Source of the DNA: Eremomyces bilateralis CBS 781.70 | Taxonomy: Eukaryota | Length of the DNA: 62,982 nt | Reading direction: 5' to 3' (one strand) | NCBI GenBank assembly: GCA_010015585.1 | Contig: ML975169.1 | Shown here: positions 52,254-62,982 of the stretch, piece after piece | How positions within the stretch are numbered: position 1 is the first letter of the stretch | How the letters are laid out: each line of letters opens with the position of its first letter | Made by a program: the position numbers and the translations under genes | The notes under the pieces: model-generated | The model's input: only the letters and a program-made list of their open reading frames with translations | Database searches by the model: none | What the model was told of the DNA's origin: nothing

Positions 52254-52576
52254 TCAAGCACCGCCCACTAATATGTTGTTGATCGGGATATGTACTGCCG
52301 CGCGTCGTATATCAGCCTCGCGATTATCTTCAGGCGTGGTCACAGCACATACTCAGCTTGATGAAGTATCCGATGCCGCCCATGATCAGGAATCCCATGC
52401 CGACCGCCTGGCAGATCTTGAGGAACTCTCGCTTGTCCGCTGAAGGCATGGTCAGTTAATGTCATCGCTATGAGAGGGACGAGACACATACGCTTGGTGC
52501 AGCGATGCATGAATTGGGTACCCTCTTTAATGAAATCCTTGGGGATGTCGGCGATTTCCTTGAATTGGTCGGACAT
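52254..52576 (-). CDS. sss1: Sec61 translocon gamma subunit
   Basis: MSDQFKEIADIPKDFIKEGTQFMHRCTK|PDKREFLKICQAVGMGFLIMGGIGYFIKL|VHIPINNILVGGA*. There are two introns. Confidence 0.96.
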
Positions 52577-52773
52577 TTTGGCGATGCGGTGCGGATATCC
52601 GATTTAAGTGTTGGACCGACTGGGATGGAGGACGGCTGCTGCAACGGCGAAATGGCAATTGGTTGCGAGGATTGGGATTGCGAAGGGTGGATAAGGAGGA
52701 ACTCAACAACGATATCTAAACTCACCAGAGCAGCCAGAGATGCCAGATATTCCAAGTGAAGCTGTCCAGGCCG

Positions 52774-52859
52774 TCACGTGACGTGGAGTTGAGCAGGGAT
52801 GTGGCGACAGGGTCTCAAAGGTCACGTGGTAACATCCAGTATTCAATATCACGTGATCA
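52774..52859. promoter_or_regulatory. Cluster of three TCACGTG E-boxes in the sss1 / RRM-gene divergent promoter
   Basis: gtcacgtgac (about 52773), gtcacgtgg (about 52821) and atcacgtgat (about 52848) match bHLH (Cbf1/SREBP-type) sites. Confidence 0.55.
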
Positions 52860-53724
52860 GCCTCCCGTTCTCAACTCTCACTTCTCAAGATTCACGCGAA
52901 CATTCACGCCGAATCCTCGATCTCCGTATTCCTACGTTCACTGTACCACATCATCCATCGCTAGGGAATCACTGACTCCAGCTTGCTGAACCCGATCGGA
53001 AGACTAACTTGCTTGGTACGAGATTCTCCTCCGTCCTCCTCCATCCTCCACCGTTCGTCGAACTGAACTGACTAGCTCTCGGTCCCTTTAGCTTGACGAA
53101 GGCATTCCAGTGACGCAGTTGGCATCGCAGTTGAAGGGCGTCATTTCCACGCGCAAACCGTATTGATCGCTTTTCTCATCATATCAGGGCCATAGGCAAC
53201 ACGTCGATACGAGGCTCGGCGATCATACCAAGGCTGGGGTTTGTCCGCCTGGAGGTCGTGGTGACGGAAATCGGTCGAGCACAGAGCTTGCCTTTCCTCG
53301 CATCCATCAATATACCTTACACTTGTCAAGGCATCCCATTACACGCGTCGCATTCTTGTCGCTCAGTTCGATAAGTGGACTCAAGCCTGTACCTGTCGAG
53401 AACTACCGGGGCCTGTCAAACTCGAGAGTTAGATTCACAGTTGGAAGATGTACGTATTTCTGGTCTTCTCCTCTTTCGCAATATGGTCTTTTTCTTTCCT
53501 TTCACGGAACCATTTCTGGAATATTCGTTCTCCAGAACCGGGCGATCGTTGCCTTGCATTCTCCTGTCCCGCAATTGTCACAAGCTGATGGATCGCATGT
53601 GACTATCTACAGACCTGTACCTCAGTTATCATCCAAGTGCATGAGCTTCCTCCAGTAACTAAACGGCAATCAAGCGATATTCAACTTCTCCGCTGCTTAA
53701 CCACAGCAGTACTGTTGCGTCGCC

Positions 53725-55055
53725 ATGGCTGAGGAGGATAATTTCGACATCGACATCTACGGCGACGATGCCGGCAACGACTATCAAGGCGAGCCAGAAG
53801 AGCCCATGCAAGATGCCAAACAGGATGACGGCCCGACCAATACCGCAGGCGATCATAGCCCACATGATGCCGTCCACGGAGCCGAGGCCGGAACCGACTC
53901 CAACGAGATGGAGGTCACGACCAATGGCGGAGTGCATGACAGCCACGACCACAAACCAAGCCAAACCCAGACACCCGCTCCCCAGGGTACCAAGCGCAAA
54001 GAAGGCCCGGATGACCGCCCTGTAGACCCGAATGCAACGACGGCCATCGTCCTCGGCGAATTGCATTGGTGGACGACAGAAGATGACATTCGAGGTTGGA
54101 TCAACAAGTCCGGGTGCGAGGACGAACTGAAGGATATCAGCTTCAATGAGCACAAGGTGAACGGCAAAAGCAAAGGGTAAGTCCCTCTATAGACGAGACA
54201 TTTCCTATCCTTCCAGTTCCTCTGCGATATATCCCCCAAAACCCTGCAGTAGAGTTGTAAAGACTAACACCTCCCAGCCAAGCATTCGTAGAATTCCATT
54301 CGACCCAAGCCGCCACAGCCCTCAAACACCGCATCGACTCCTTCGCCACCTCCACCGACACCTCCCCTGTCGCCGCCGCCCTACGAAAACACACCGCCAA
54401 CTTCCACCCCGCAGGCAGCAACCCCTACCGCACCCTGCCCAAAGACGTCCCCGGCCGCAACCGCGATTCCGGCCGCGAAGGCCACTCCCGACCTCCCTAC
54501 AGCCAATCTGGCGGGAACTACAGCGGCTTCAACCGGGGCGGACGCGGCGGGTTCGGGAATCGAGGCGGGAACGCCGGCGGCGGCTACGGCAATCGGAATT
54601 TCAGCGGCGGAGCGATGCAGGGCGGCGGGGTGCAGGGCGGGAATTTCGGAGGGAATTTCGCCGGGCCACCAATGAATCAGTTCGGCGGCGGATTCAACCG
54701 CGGGGGGATGATGGGGGGGAACATGCGAGGTGGGATGGGGGGCAGTGGACGCGGTGGGCGAGGCGGTGCGGCGATGAATCCTGGGATGATGGGGGGTATG
54801 GGAATGCCGATGGGAAATATGGGGATGCCGAACATGAACATGGGGATGGGAGGGATGGGTGGAATGGGCAGCATGGGGATGCGTGAGTTACTCCCGGGCT
54901 GAGACGCTTTCGACCAGCACGTACTAACTGCAATAGCTGGTTTCACGAATCCTCAGCATTTCAATGCCGGCGGCGGGTTTTTCAACCAAGGCCAACAGGG
55001 CGGCAGCGACGGGAACTGGAATCCGCATGGCGCCAAGCGTCCCCGGCCTGAGTGA
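53725..55055 (+). CDS. RRM protein with RGG/Gly-Met-rich tail (CPSF6/CFIm68-like)
   Basis: MAEEDNFDIDIYGDD, RRM LGELHWWTTEDDIRGW...FNEHKVNGKSKG|QAFVEF, NPYRTLPKD, a Gly/Met-rich region, and end NPHGAKRPRPE*. There are two coding introns. Confidence 0.85.
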
Positions 55056-57907
55056 TTCTTCCTCAGCCACCACTGAGTACATCGTACTCTTCACATCCGC
55101 ACTCTCGATGGGCGGAACCCCAAAGCGCGTCCGCCATCTCGGCGTTGGATACGCGGAGTCCAAGATGGGACAAGCCAGGAGGCCCATTAGCACTCAGCAC
55201 TCGGTGCCTGCCGAATTGACGGGGCATCATGGAACCTGAACTGGCGTTCGGCATAGGAGATTTTCGGATTCATACGGATGGGGGGCGTCGGATCATGGGC
55301 CTGTACCACTATTTATCATTATCGTCACTGTAGGAAAAGCGAATGGGAATTGATTTCGAAGACAGGGTGGCGTTGCGATGAGTTTTGGTATGTGCCTATC
55401 TGCTGATATCTAGGGGTTAGTAAGGGCGGTTACTTCAATGCTCTTCGCAACAGTCACTCAACCGTCTTTGAGTTGGATGAAAACCAAGTACGCGATCGCC
55501 CCAATCTGGGGAATACTCATGGGATCTTCCTTCGACGCTCTCACTTTTGCCCGATCGGCTCTATCGCCCCTACTTGCTTCCGATAAAGCAAGATATGCCG
55601 TCCATAATGGTTCTCCACTCGTCTCACTATCGCCTCACCTCTACTCCTATCCTTCTTTCGTTTTCCCACTTGGTCTACTGCCGTCCTCACTAGGACTCCT
55701 ATCTCTTTCATTTTCCCGGCCGGTAGACTTTGCTCCGGTTCATCGTCCCGCGTCCTTTCGTTTCCTCCTTGTGGCCATTGATCCTACCGCCGAATCCGTT
55801 TCATTGCTGTGCTCCGCCGTCTCAACGGTCTCGACCGCACCATTCCTCTGATGCTCTCCCGCAACCGGTGGAAATGGTGGGCGGGAAGAACCAAGCAAAG
55901 AGCTGGGAGGCCGGTTACAATCAAGCGCGGTAACTAGAATACATGGGGCGAAAACGTTTGAGCTGTTTTATTGCCACACGAACAACCCAGCTCTTTAATC
56001 ATACATCTATAGTTATACGTGTGTAATCCAGGAATCATCCTTCTGCCTTCCTGCTCAGAGTCTTCTCTTGCCATTTATACAACACGGCTCATTTGTTTAT
56101 ACATTTGCAACCTAGGAATCTTTCTTCAAGGTGCCGTCCTGATCAGAGTCGCCTCTTGCAATTCGAACAACACGGCTCTTTCATTACACGTATCCCAAAC
56201 CAGCAATAATTCTTCGGCGTGCCGTCTCGCTCAGTAACTCCGCTTGCTCGCGGTTCGTTCGATACTCTCGTCCCCTCGTGGAAGTGGATCGGAATCTTTC
56301 ACGGTCGAAGCATTTGAAGCTGGATAATCCACAACGACCGGTCTCTATTTCGGGACTAATATCCCCAGGTTTTCCCGGTTCTTACGCTATCGGTGAGAGT
56401 TGCCCCAGGGCAGGAGAATTAATACGCCGAGAGCTCATACTCCCTGCCACCATGTGAAGTTTCTCCGCCTTCATACTAGCGCTGCATGGTCAGTTGGAAT
56501 CTTCAATCCGAAGCACCTGGCGGGATTTGCCGTCTCGAACCACCGAGGGTCCTATCGGGCATGGCCCCAGGGCTTTCGTCACTTCTCCGAGGTGAATGTT
56601 CTCCCGAAAGTCGTCGAAGATTGCCCTAAGAAACAATGTATGGCGGGTCCTGAAGGCCTGTCGGAAACGAGCAGCACTGTTTCATGGACGTGAATGTGTC
56701 AATTTCCAGGGAATCTTGCTCCAGTGACTTTTAAGTGTGTATCTGTTTCAGTCACCCAGTCGACAATGTTAGCTACAATGCTTTCGGCGCCGGCATTTTG
56801 GTTCGCTTCTTGGACTATTATCGGGTTCTCGGGTTGTGCGTTGCTCGTCCAGTATTTTAATATGCGAAGAGGCCAGAACAAGCTGCTAAATTAATATCTT
56901 CAGCGACGAGGGGTGAGCTGGAGTGAGTCCTTGGACATCAAGCATGGGATTATACAGTGTGGATGATGAAAATACCTAGATACTGAAATACAGTCTAGAA
57001 AGGTAAACGTGGAGATAAGATAGCTGGGTCAAGAGCCGATACCGTAAGATAATTCTTCTCCTCGGCTACAGGCTGCTATTGTACTGTCCATATCTGGAGA
57101 CACTGTCACAGAGAGGACCAGTGAGAAGTCCTGGGATTGGGGCGTCGACGTTGGTTTAACGCGACTCCATAGTGGCAGTTCGCATTCTTCTTTTGTGAGA
57201 ACATCTAGCGACGTAGAGAAATCATCTTAAATAACCGAAAATTAAGGACAAAGTGATGGACAAACCCCGCATTCCGCTCCACAGGGAAGATAAAGTTTGG
57301 GGGTGCACTAACCTGAACGAGCTCTGGGGATATATAAATTTCAGTGTCGCGGAGATACATGTACTAAAGCACTGGAAGGTTGGGAATTGGGAGGCTTGAG
57401 TACCGAGGGCTTGTGTGTTGAGGGTTCTTCAAGCCTTGGACGTTTATTCTGTCTATCTTCCAGACCAGATGGTAGAGGATCAAATCTGGGGGATATTGTG
57501 AGGAGGGACGATAAGCTTGATGAACCCCCAGGCGGTTCGTTAGCAAGAGGGGGCCGAAGATCAATATATACTAACTAGCCGTTGAATATCTTGTCGGATT
57601 GACAGGGAAGGGGGAGGAGAGCGATCCCAAATCCCCTTGAAAAGTAGACCAGGTGCTTCCGGAATAAAGACACTACACGACTGACACTATATACTGAGTC
57701 GCAGCCACGGAAGAACTGGTGAAACTGTGCCGCAATCATATAGTTCCAGGTAACTAGTCCTACCATTTTCAAAAAGACTGGACAAATGTGTACTAGTATT
57801 AAGAATTCCGATATCACTTTTGGGATCATACTCATACTACCAATGGCCTACTGCTGCAATGGAGGCGGAAAGGAACTTCGAGAAGCCCATGCAGCGGCAG
57901 CACTTCG

Positions 57908-58381
57908 TGTCAAATCCACCCAACTACGCTAAATCTCCAAAAGGGGCGCCCCCATAGGAATCTAGGAGATGGGTAGATATAGCAAGGCTCGACACACCCC
58001 GGCAGATTCGACAGGCATTTGGTTGGTTGGAGGATCTGGAAGTATCCGAACGGCTGATGATACCGCTGGCTCGTGGGGACGCTGGCTCTTGGTCGTGGTG
58101 ACGCTGGCATCGGGTCGGAGGAGGTGACGCTGGCCCTGGTCGTGGTGACGCTGGCATCGGGTCGGAGGTGGCTGTGGCGTGGCTTTGCACGCAGTCTCGT
58201 GACGGGTGTCGTCAGTAAATTTTTGCCTCGTGCGGGAATCGAACCGGGTGTATGTGTGTATCTCGTAGCGCATTATAGCGATCTTGGGCTCATAACTGTC
58301 AAATCTACCCAACTACGCTAAATCCCCAAAACGGACGCCCCTAGGACTCTAGGAGAAGAGTAGATATAGCAAGGTTCGACA
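57908..58381 (-). mobile_element. Miniature LTR retroelement (TRIM-like / internally deleted copia), 474 bp
   Basis: Direct repeats at 57908-57994 (87 bp) and 58297-58381 (85 bp) both run TGTC...GACA and differ by 8 substitutions and one 2-nt indel. On the minus strand GTTATGAGCCC follows the 5' LTR and GGGGTG precedes the 3' LTR. Confidence 0.85.
58075..58168. repeat. Two-copy 47-bp tandem repeat inside the miniature LTR element
   Basis: tggtcgtggtgacgctggcatcgggtcggagg occurs at 58090-58121 and 58137-58168. Confidence 0.85.
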
Positions 58382-59270
58382 TTCCGCACCTTCAAGCTTG
58401 CGGGTCTTAAATGTGGCACGATGGCACAGGAAATATATCAAAGTTAGACGCCGTTGGTTATAAGATAGGGAAAGTAGATCAGAACGCGTGTCTGAGATTG
58501 TACCCTCTAGATATTCATTGAGATCCGCAGACGAAGACATCTTAGATCTGGTGCAGTGGAAATGTGTATAGTTGTGAACCATCCAGCGAGAAACAAGAGA
58601 GGTAGACGAGAAGAGTTCCCAGATTCCAGCTTTGGTCCAGGTTTATGATAGCTTGCCGGTACCTGGATTCACCGTGTTTGTTATTCGCGTAAATCGTTTC
58701 CATCTGGATCTTGTTCTTAGGTCGTGGGGCGCGGCGTAGATAAGCAGAATCTTGGTCACTTCAAGCAAAGGACAGTTGAAATGACTAACAATGAAACACT
58801 CGGTAAGGAATGATATGAATCTTGATTTTTTGGTGCGGCTGGTCAGTTAAACGACGTGGCGAGTAGTTCTGTGTTCTGAGCTTCTAGCATGGTACCTAAC
58901 TACAAAGACACTTTCCGGAGATCCTAACGACTTCATAAAAGCTGCGATGACTCTAGAGACGCAGCTTGTGAGTACTTGAAAGAAAGTACGCAAGATAAGA
59001 GACAGAAATGAGTGACTTCAAGGGATATATATACCATATCTTTCAGAAAACAAAATGATGAGAGACTGAAGGATGATGATGACACTTAGGAACCTTATTT
59101 GATTGTGGCAAAGAAAAGCGCAAACGGATCAAGTTTGTGAATGATGTCGACACATCACCGGTACCGTAAGGTATTCATTAGAAGTCGAGGATTTGGAGGG
59201 AAATGAGGCAATAAAACTTTGATGAGGGCAGCTCGATGAAATACAGCAAGGCTTATTGAAGTAAGAAAGC

Positions 59271-59318
59271 TAACTAAGTTAGTTAAGTTAAGTTAACTTA
59301 AGTTAGTTAACTAAGTAA
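59271..59318. repeat. AT-rich (TAAGT/TAGT/TAACT)n simple repeat, possibly a retroposon tail
   Basis: taactaagttagttaagttaagttaacttaagttagttaactaagtaa. Confidence 0.7.
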
Positions 59319-60307
59319 ATGTTGTGATGGCAGGTCGACCTCCGGAATGGCTCCTGTGGTCCGAACTGTGCAGGCGACAAAGACCTCATTAGACCTGTGG
59401 TGGAACCCAGTTTGGGGATTGCTGCGAGTAGAGTAATTACGGTTATTTGCAGGAGTAACCGCCCTCCCAGCTTGCCGGGCACCTCTGCGTGCCGAGCCGA
59501 ATCATGGGTGCTTTGACTTCAGAGCAAGCCAGACACTGCACAAACATTGATATTTTCTAAAGTTTTGTTTAATTCGTGCGCTGTAGCCATTCCTTAACTT
59601 CAAGACCACTTCTACTTAAAAAATTAAGTTGGGATCGCCGCCTTCTCGCCTGATTCCCGGAGAGTCTTCTTTCATACCCTAACAGAATTCTTCCGCCAAA
59701 GCACCACCATCGTACCCTTACTACGTTTAAAACTCATTAAAGGCCCTTGTCCGAGACTTAGAGTCCTATAACGATGCTAGACATCATCATCACCCTTGAG
59801 GCTGGTGTCGGGTGCAAATTTGCACAAGTGCGCCATGCAGATCGCTACCTCAAATCCAAACGATAATGATTCTGGCTAGCATGGAACAATATCCACGTAA
59901 CATATACACAATCACGATGTAATTTAACCTATCCCTCTATCCAGATTCCAGTAACACGAACTCCAGTTAGGCAGGGACAGCAGGGTTGGTCAACATGCAG
60001 AACTGGAAATCCTCTGGTTGACACCTGAGCAAAGTGTCGCAAGCGGCCTGATTTCCCCTAGGCCAGCAACTATGCTTATATGATGCTTCATATGCTTTCT
60101 AATAATCTGCTGCAGGAGAGATGAGCGACAGTGGGAAACACGCGTCGACACTTGCCATTGGACGCCATGCGACAGTAGCAGCCTTGTTCATTTGGGACCA
60201 GTCAGCCGACTTGTGCATTCGCGCCCGGCCAAGGCGCGAACGGCGAGGCTGAAGTCGTCGAGAGCCAGTGGCAGTATCCATATGCCGGCACCGCCTCGTT
60301 CTCAAGC

Positions 60308-60732
60308 NNNNNNNNNNNNNNNNNNNNNNNNNNNNNNNNNNNNNNNNNNNNNNNNNNNNNNNNNNNNNNNNNNNNNNNNNNNNNNNNNNNNNNNNNNNNN
60401 NNNNNNNNNNNNNNNNNNNNNNNNNNNNNNNNNNNNNNNNNNNNNNNNNNNNNNNNNNNNNNNNNNNNNNNNNNNNNNNNNNNNNNNNNNNNNNNNNNNN
60501 NNNNNNNNNNNNNNNNNNNNNNNNNNNNNNNNNNNNNNNNNNNNNNNNNNNNNNNNNNNNNNNNNNNNNNNNNNNNNNNNNNNNNNNNNNNNNNNNNNNN
60601 NNNNNNNNNNNNNNNNNNNNNNNNNNNNNNNNNNNNNNNNNNNNNNNNNNNNNNNNNNNNNNNNNNNNNNNNNNNNNNNNNNNNNNNNNNNNNNNNNNNN
60701 NNNNNNNNNNNNNNNNNNNNNNNNNNNNNNNN
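60308..60732. other. Assembly gap (425 N)
   Basis: Run of N characters; it hides the 5' part of the NLR gene. Confidence 1.
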
Positions 60733-62982
60733 GTTCTTGCCTGCCTGCCTGCGGGTTTCATGGGCGTCGCCTCCGCCACGGCAGTTGCCATGCAAATGAA
60801 GTCAACCTTCCCAGCCATTCGGTTTGGAATGATGGTAGGGATCGGAGGCGGCGTTCCGGACAAACAAGCAGACATCCGGCTCGGAGACGTTGTTGTTAGC
60901 CAACCGGGGAATGGCCATGGCGGGGTGATCCAGTACGATTTTGGAAAGTCGACGCCCAGCGGATTCGAGCGGACGGGATTTCTTAACTCCCCACCCCTGA
61001 TTCTCCTCGGTGCGGTCACGAAGCTGCGATCCAACCAACGCCGAGGGAGAAGTAATCTATCGCCACATCTGTTGAAGCTTAGCAACCTCCCGGACTTTGC
61101 CCGCGACAAAGCAGGAAGCGATGTGCTATTCGAAGCGGAGTATAATCACGTCGGAGAGGACAGCTGCGCATCATGCGCAGCGACACGACGAATACAGAGG
61201 GAGGAGCGGGCAAACAGCACGCCTCTGGTTCACTACGGCACGATCGCATCAGGAAACCAGGTAATGAGGGATGGGGCTATAAGAGACCAGATCAGCTCGG
61301 AATTTAGAGGGGTGCTGTGCTTCGAGATGGAGGCGGCAGGCTTGATGAACAACTTCCCTTGCCTAGTGATCCGCGGCATCTGCGACTACGCCGACTCGCA
61401 TAAGAACAAGAAATGGCAACCATACGCGGCTGGAACCGCGGCGGCGTACGCGAAGGAGCTGCTGTCGGTCATACCTGTAGCAGACGTAGCGAAGATGGCG
61501 ACGGTCGATGAAGCAACGAGAGGTTAGTATAGCTATCGCAGTTCTATATAGGCAAATTGAACTTATTTGCAATAGAGCATCTTCCTTTCCCGCGAAATCG
61601 ACAGTTCGTTGGTCGAGACACCGAGCTCGATGTGTTAAAGAAAAAGCTCCTTATAGACAAGGAATGCCAGAAAATGGCTCTTGTCGGCCTCGGTGGCGTC
61701 GGCAAGACGCAGACCGCGCTCGAGTTCGCGTACTGGGTTAGAGGAAGCTATCCAGACTTCTCTATCTTCTGGTTACCAGCGCTGAGTATGGAGACGTTTG
61801 AGCAGGCGTGCACGGAGATAGCAAGAAAATTAAAGATGCATCAGTCGGAAGACGGTAAAGAGGATGTCCGGAAGCTTGTACAGCAAGGGCTGAGCGAGAA
61901 GACCAAAAACAAGTGGTTACTGATTATCGACAATGCCGACGATATGGACCTCCTTCGCGGCGTCGAGCAAGGGGAAGGTTTATTAGACTTTTTACCAGAG
62001 AGCGACAACGGCCTAACTTTGTTCACGACCCGGCATAATGAAGTTGCCCAGTTTGTTGCGGGGGGCGATGTGATTGAAGTCGAAAAGATGAAGACACAAG
62101 AGGCGATAAACTTACTGAAGAAGTCGTTAATCCTAAAGCACCTACCTAGCGACGATACGCTTATAACGAACCTCCTCGTTGAACTGGACTATCTTCCCTT
62201 AGCCATCACTCAAGCGGCGGCATACATCAACACGAACAAAAGCTCTATCTCTGAGTATCTTCAGTTGCTCAAGAATTCAGAGCAGGACGCCCTCGCGATC
62301 ATGAGCATTGAATTTGCCGACAATACACGATACAAAGAGTCGGTGAACGCGGTGGCAAAGACTTGGATAGTCAGTTTCAACCAGATTCTTAAGCACGACA
62401 CGATAGCAGCAGACCTTCTCGACTTTATCTCTTGCATTGAGTGGAAGGCGATTCCATATACAATCCTACCTACTATTCAGCCCAAAGTACGGATGGCGAC
62501 TGCTATCGGCATGCTTTGTTCGTACTCGCTTCTGGAGAGATGGGACGACGGCAAGATGCTTGACATGCACAGGCTTGTCCATTTGTCAACGAGAATATGG
62601 ATTCGTCAGAACGGGCGTGAAATAGAGACGAGTAGGGCGGCACTACAACACCTCTCGGAAGTGTTTCCGTCTCACGATTACACGAATCGTGAGATCTGGC
62701 GACAATATCTGCCGCATGTGGCACGTATAGACCAAAACCAGCACTGCCAAGATACCGAGGCGAAGAGCGAGCTCTGTCTAAAAGTGGGACTGTGCTTATA
62801 CGTTGATGGGAGGATGAAAGAAGCTGTTATCTGGCTGCGGGAATCTCGCGAGTGGGGGGATAGAAATCTGGCTGCAGATGACGCAGATCGGCTGGCGTCG
62901 CAGCATAACCTCGCCCGAGCATATCAAGCAAACGGACAGGTCAAGGAGGCGGTCAAGCTGCTGGAGCGTGTTGTCGCGATAC
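60733..62982 (+). CDS. Fungal NLR: PNP_UDP_1 (nucleoside phosphorylase-like) + NB-ARC + TPR; 5' end in the gap, 3' end beyond the window
   Basis: PNP motifs MVGIGGGVP, DIRLGDVVVS, HYGTIASGN, CFEMEAAGL and IRGICDYADSHKNKKWQ are present. After intron 61523-61575 come FPRNRQFVGR, P-loop GLGGVGKT, Walker B WLLIIDNADD, LPLAITQAAAYI, MHRLV and the TPR start RLASQHNLARAYQANGQVKEAVKLLE. Confidence 0.95.

Noticed and set aside
58200..58290. Intact tRNA gene
   Set aside because: Only a B-box and 3' arm are present. There is no matching 5' acceptor strand, D arm or anticodon arm, and the T stem does not pair fully.
59271..59318. Telomere or CRISPR-like repeat
   Set aside because: It is not TTAGGG, has no spacer structure, is too short, and lies in a eukaryotic context.
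59340..59400. Hammerhead ribozyme (minus strand CTAATGAG-GTC...GACC)
   Set aside because: The core deviates from CUGANGA, and the required GAAA does not follow stem II.
60099..61109. ORFs spanning the N run
   Set aside because: They are artefacts of translating through the assembly gap.
55100..62982. Starship or other giant-transposon boundary
   Set aside because: No tyrosine recombinase (DUF3435) gene or terminal repeat is visible in the window.

Overview
Eukaryotic, intron-rich DNA from a filamentous ascomycete (Pezizomycotina): GT-AG introns are mostly 50-70 nt with CTRAC branch sites. About 1-55 kb is gene-dense. It starts with a three-gene metabolic group (cyclase-family hydrolase, PTS1-bearing acyl-CoA ligase, SDR). 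Then come p24/Erp1, a His/Arg-rich fungal protein, a Pep12-type syntaxin, a 627-aa orphan ORF, mrpl8, mic12, atp18, spc19, a 4.5-kb gene-poor stretch, sla2, rev3, slu7, rpl37, a bacterial-looking GNAT, an RS-rich protein, sos7, a pseudogenised GH55 glucanase, a GFA/CENP-V protein, a CPT1/EPT1 homolog, a tannase/feruloyl esterase, an Ntm1-type methyltransferase, a DCAF11-like WD40 protein, sss1 and a CFIm68-like RRM protein. After about 55.1 kb the window becomes accessory. It holds degenerate sequence, a 474-bp miniature LTR retroelement (TRIM-like, with a Ty5/copia-type half-tRNA primer site), a possible LINE 3' remnant, a 425-N assembly gap, and a PNP_UDP_1 + NB-ARC + TPR fungal NLR gene that runs off the right edge. 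No tRNA, rRNA or CRISPR array was seen. Product calls rest on motif recognition by eye; no database searches were run.
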